Shown piece after piece: positions 63,749 through 64,000 of a stretch of 64,000 nucleotides of DNA. The notes beneath the pieces were generated by a model, which saw only the letters and a list, made by a program, of their open reading frames with translations, made no database searches and was not told the DNA's origin. The stretch is taken from positions 14,510,001 to 14,574,000 of the forward strand of contig JAGIQG010000008.1 in the NCBI GenBank assembly GCA_024679065.1, read 5' to 3'. How positions within the stretch are numbered: the first letter of the stretch is position 1; each line of letters opens with the position of its first letter. The translations under genes and the position numbers were made by a program. This stretch comes from Sphyrna mokarran. Lineage: Eukaryota.

Positions 63749-64000
63749 GAATCATAGAAACCCTACAGTGCCGAGAAAAGCTATTTGGCCCATTGAGTCT
63801 GCACCGACCACAATCCCAACCAGGTCCTATCCTCATATCCCTACATAATTACCTGCTAATCCCTCTAACCTACGCACCTCAGGACTCTAAGGGGCATGGT
63901 CAATCAACCTAACCCGCACATCTTTGGACTGTGGGAGGAAACCAGAGCACCCGGAGGAAACCCACGCAGATACAAGGAGAATGTGCAAACTCCACACAGA
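63749..64000 (-). mobile_element. V-SINE cut by the window end
   Basis: CR1-type tail and V-domain. Confidence 0.9.

Overview
Eukaryotic genomic DNA, almost certainly from a cartilaginous fish (shark-type V-SINE/HE1-like, CR1, Rex1/Babar-like and Penelope-like repeats). The window holds the 5' part of one plus-strand spliced gene of the NELL family, closest to NELL2. Coding exons 1-8 are 358-409, 1736-1864, 45377-45527, 53193-53366, 55582-55678, 57329-57401, 59884-59966 and 62934-63062. They have GT-AG boundaries, join in frame into 888 nt (296 codons), and encode the signal peptide, TSP-N/laminin-G domain, coiled coil and the start of VWC1. The gene continues past the window end. The rest is intronic (intron 2 is about 43.5 kb) and dense with about 25 V-SINEs of two tail types, a second tRNA-type SINE, CR1 and Rex1-like LINE fragments, a decayed Gypsy-like LTR element, MITEs and tandem repeats. 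Almost all six-frame ORFs are repeat-derived or spurious. I found no convincing new multi-gene system. The best leads are the mixed NELL2/NELL1 character of the protein, several local templated duplications and inversions (one flanking exons 4-6), an apparent V-SINE tail swap, hammerhead-ribozyme-like cores in Penelope-like repeats, and a 23-bp GATA-motif minisatellite in intron 1. Repeat boundaries are approximate, and family names come from recall rather than a database search.
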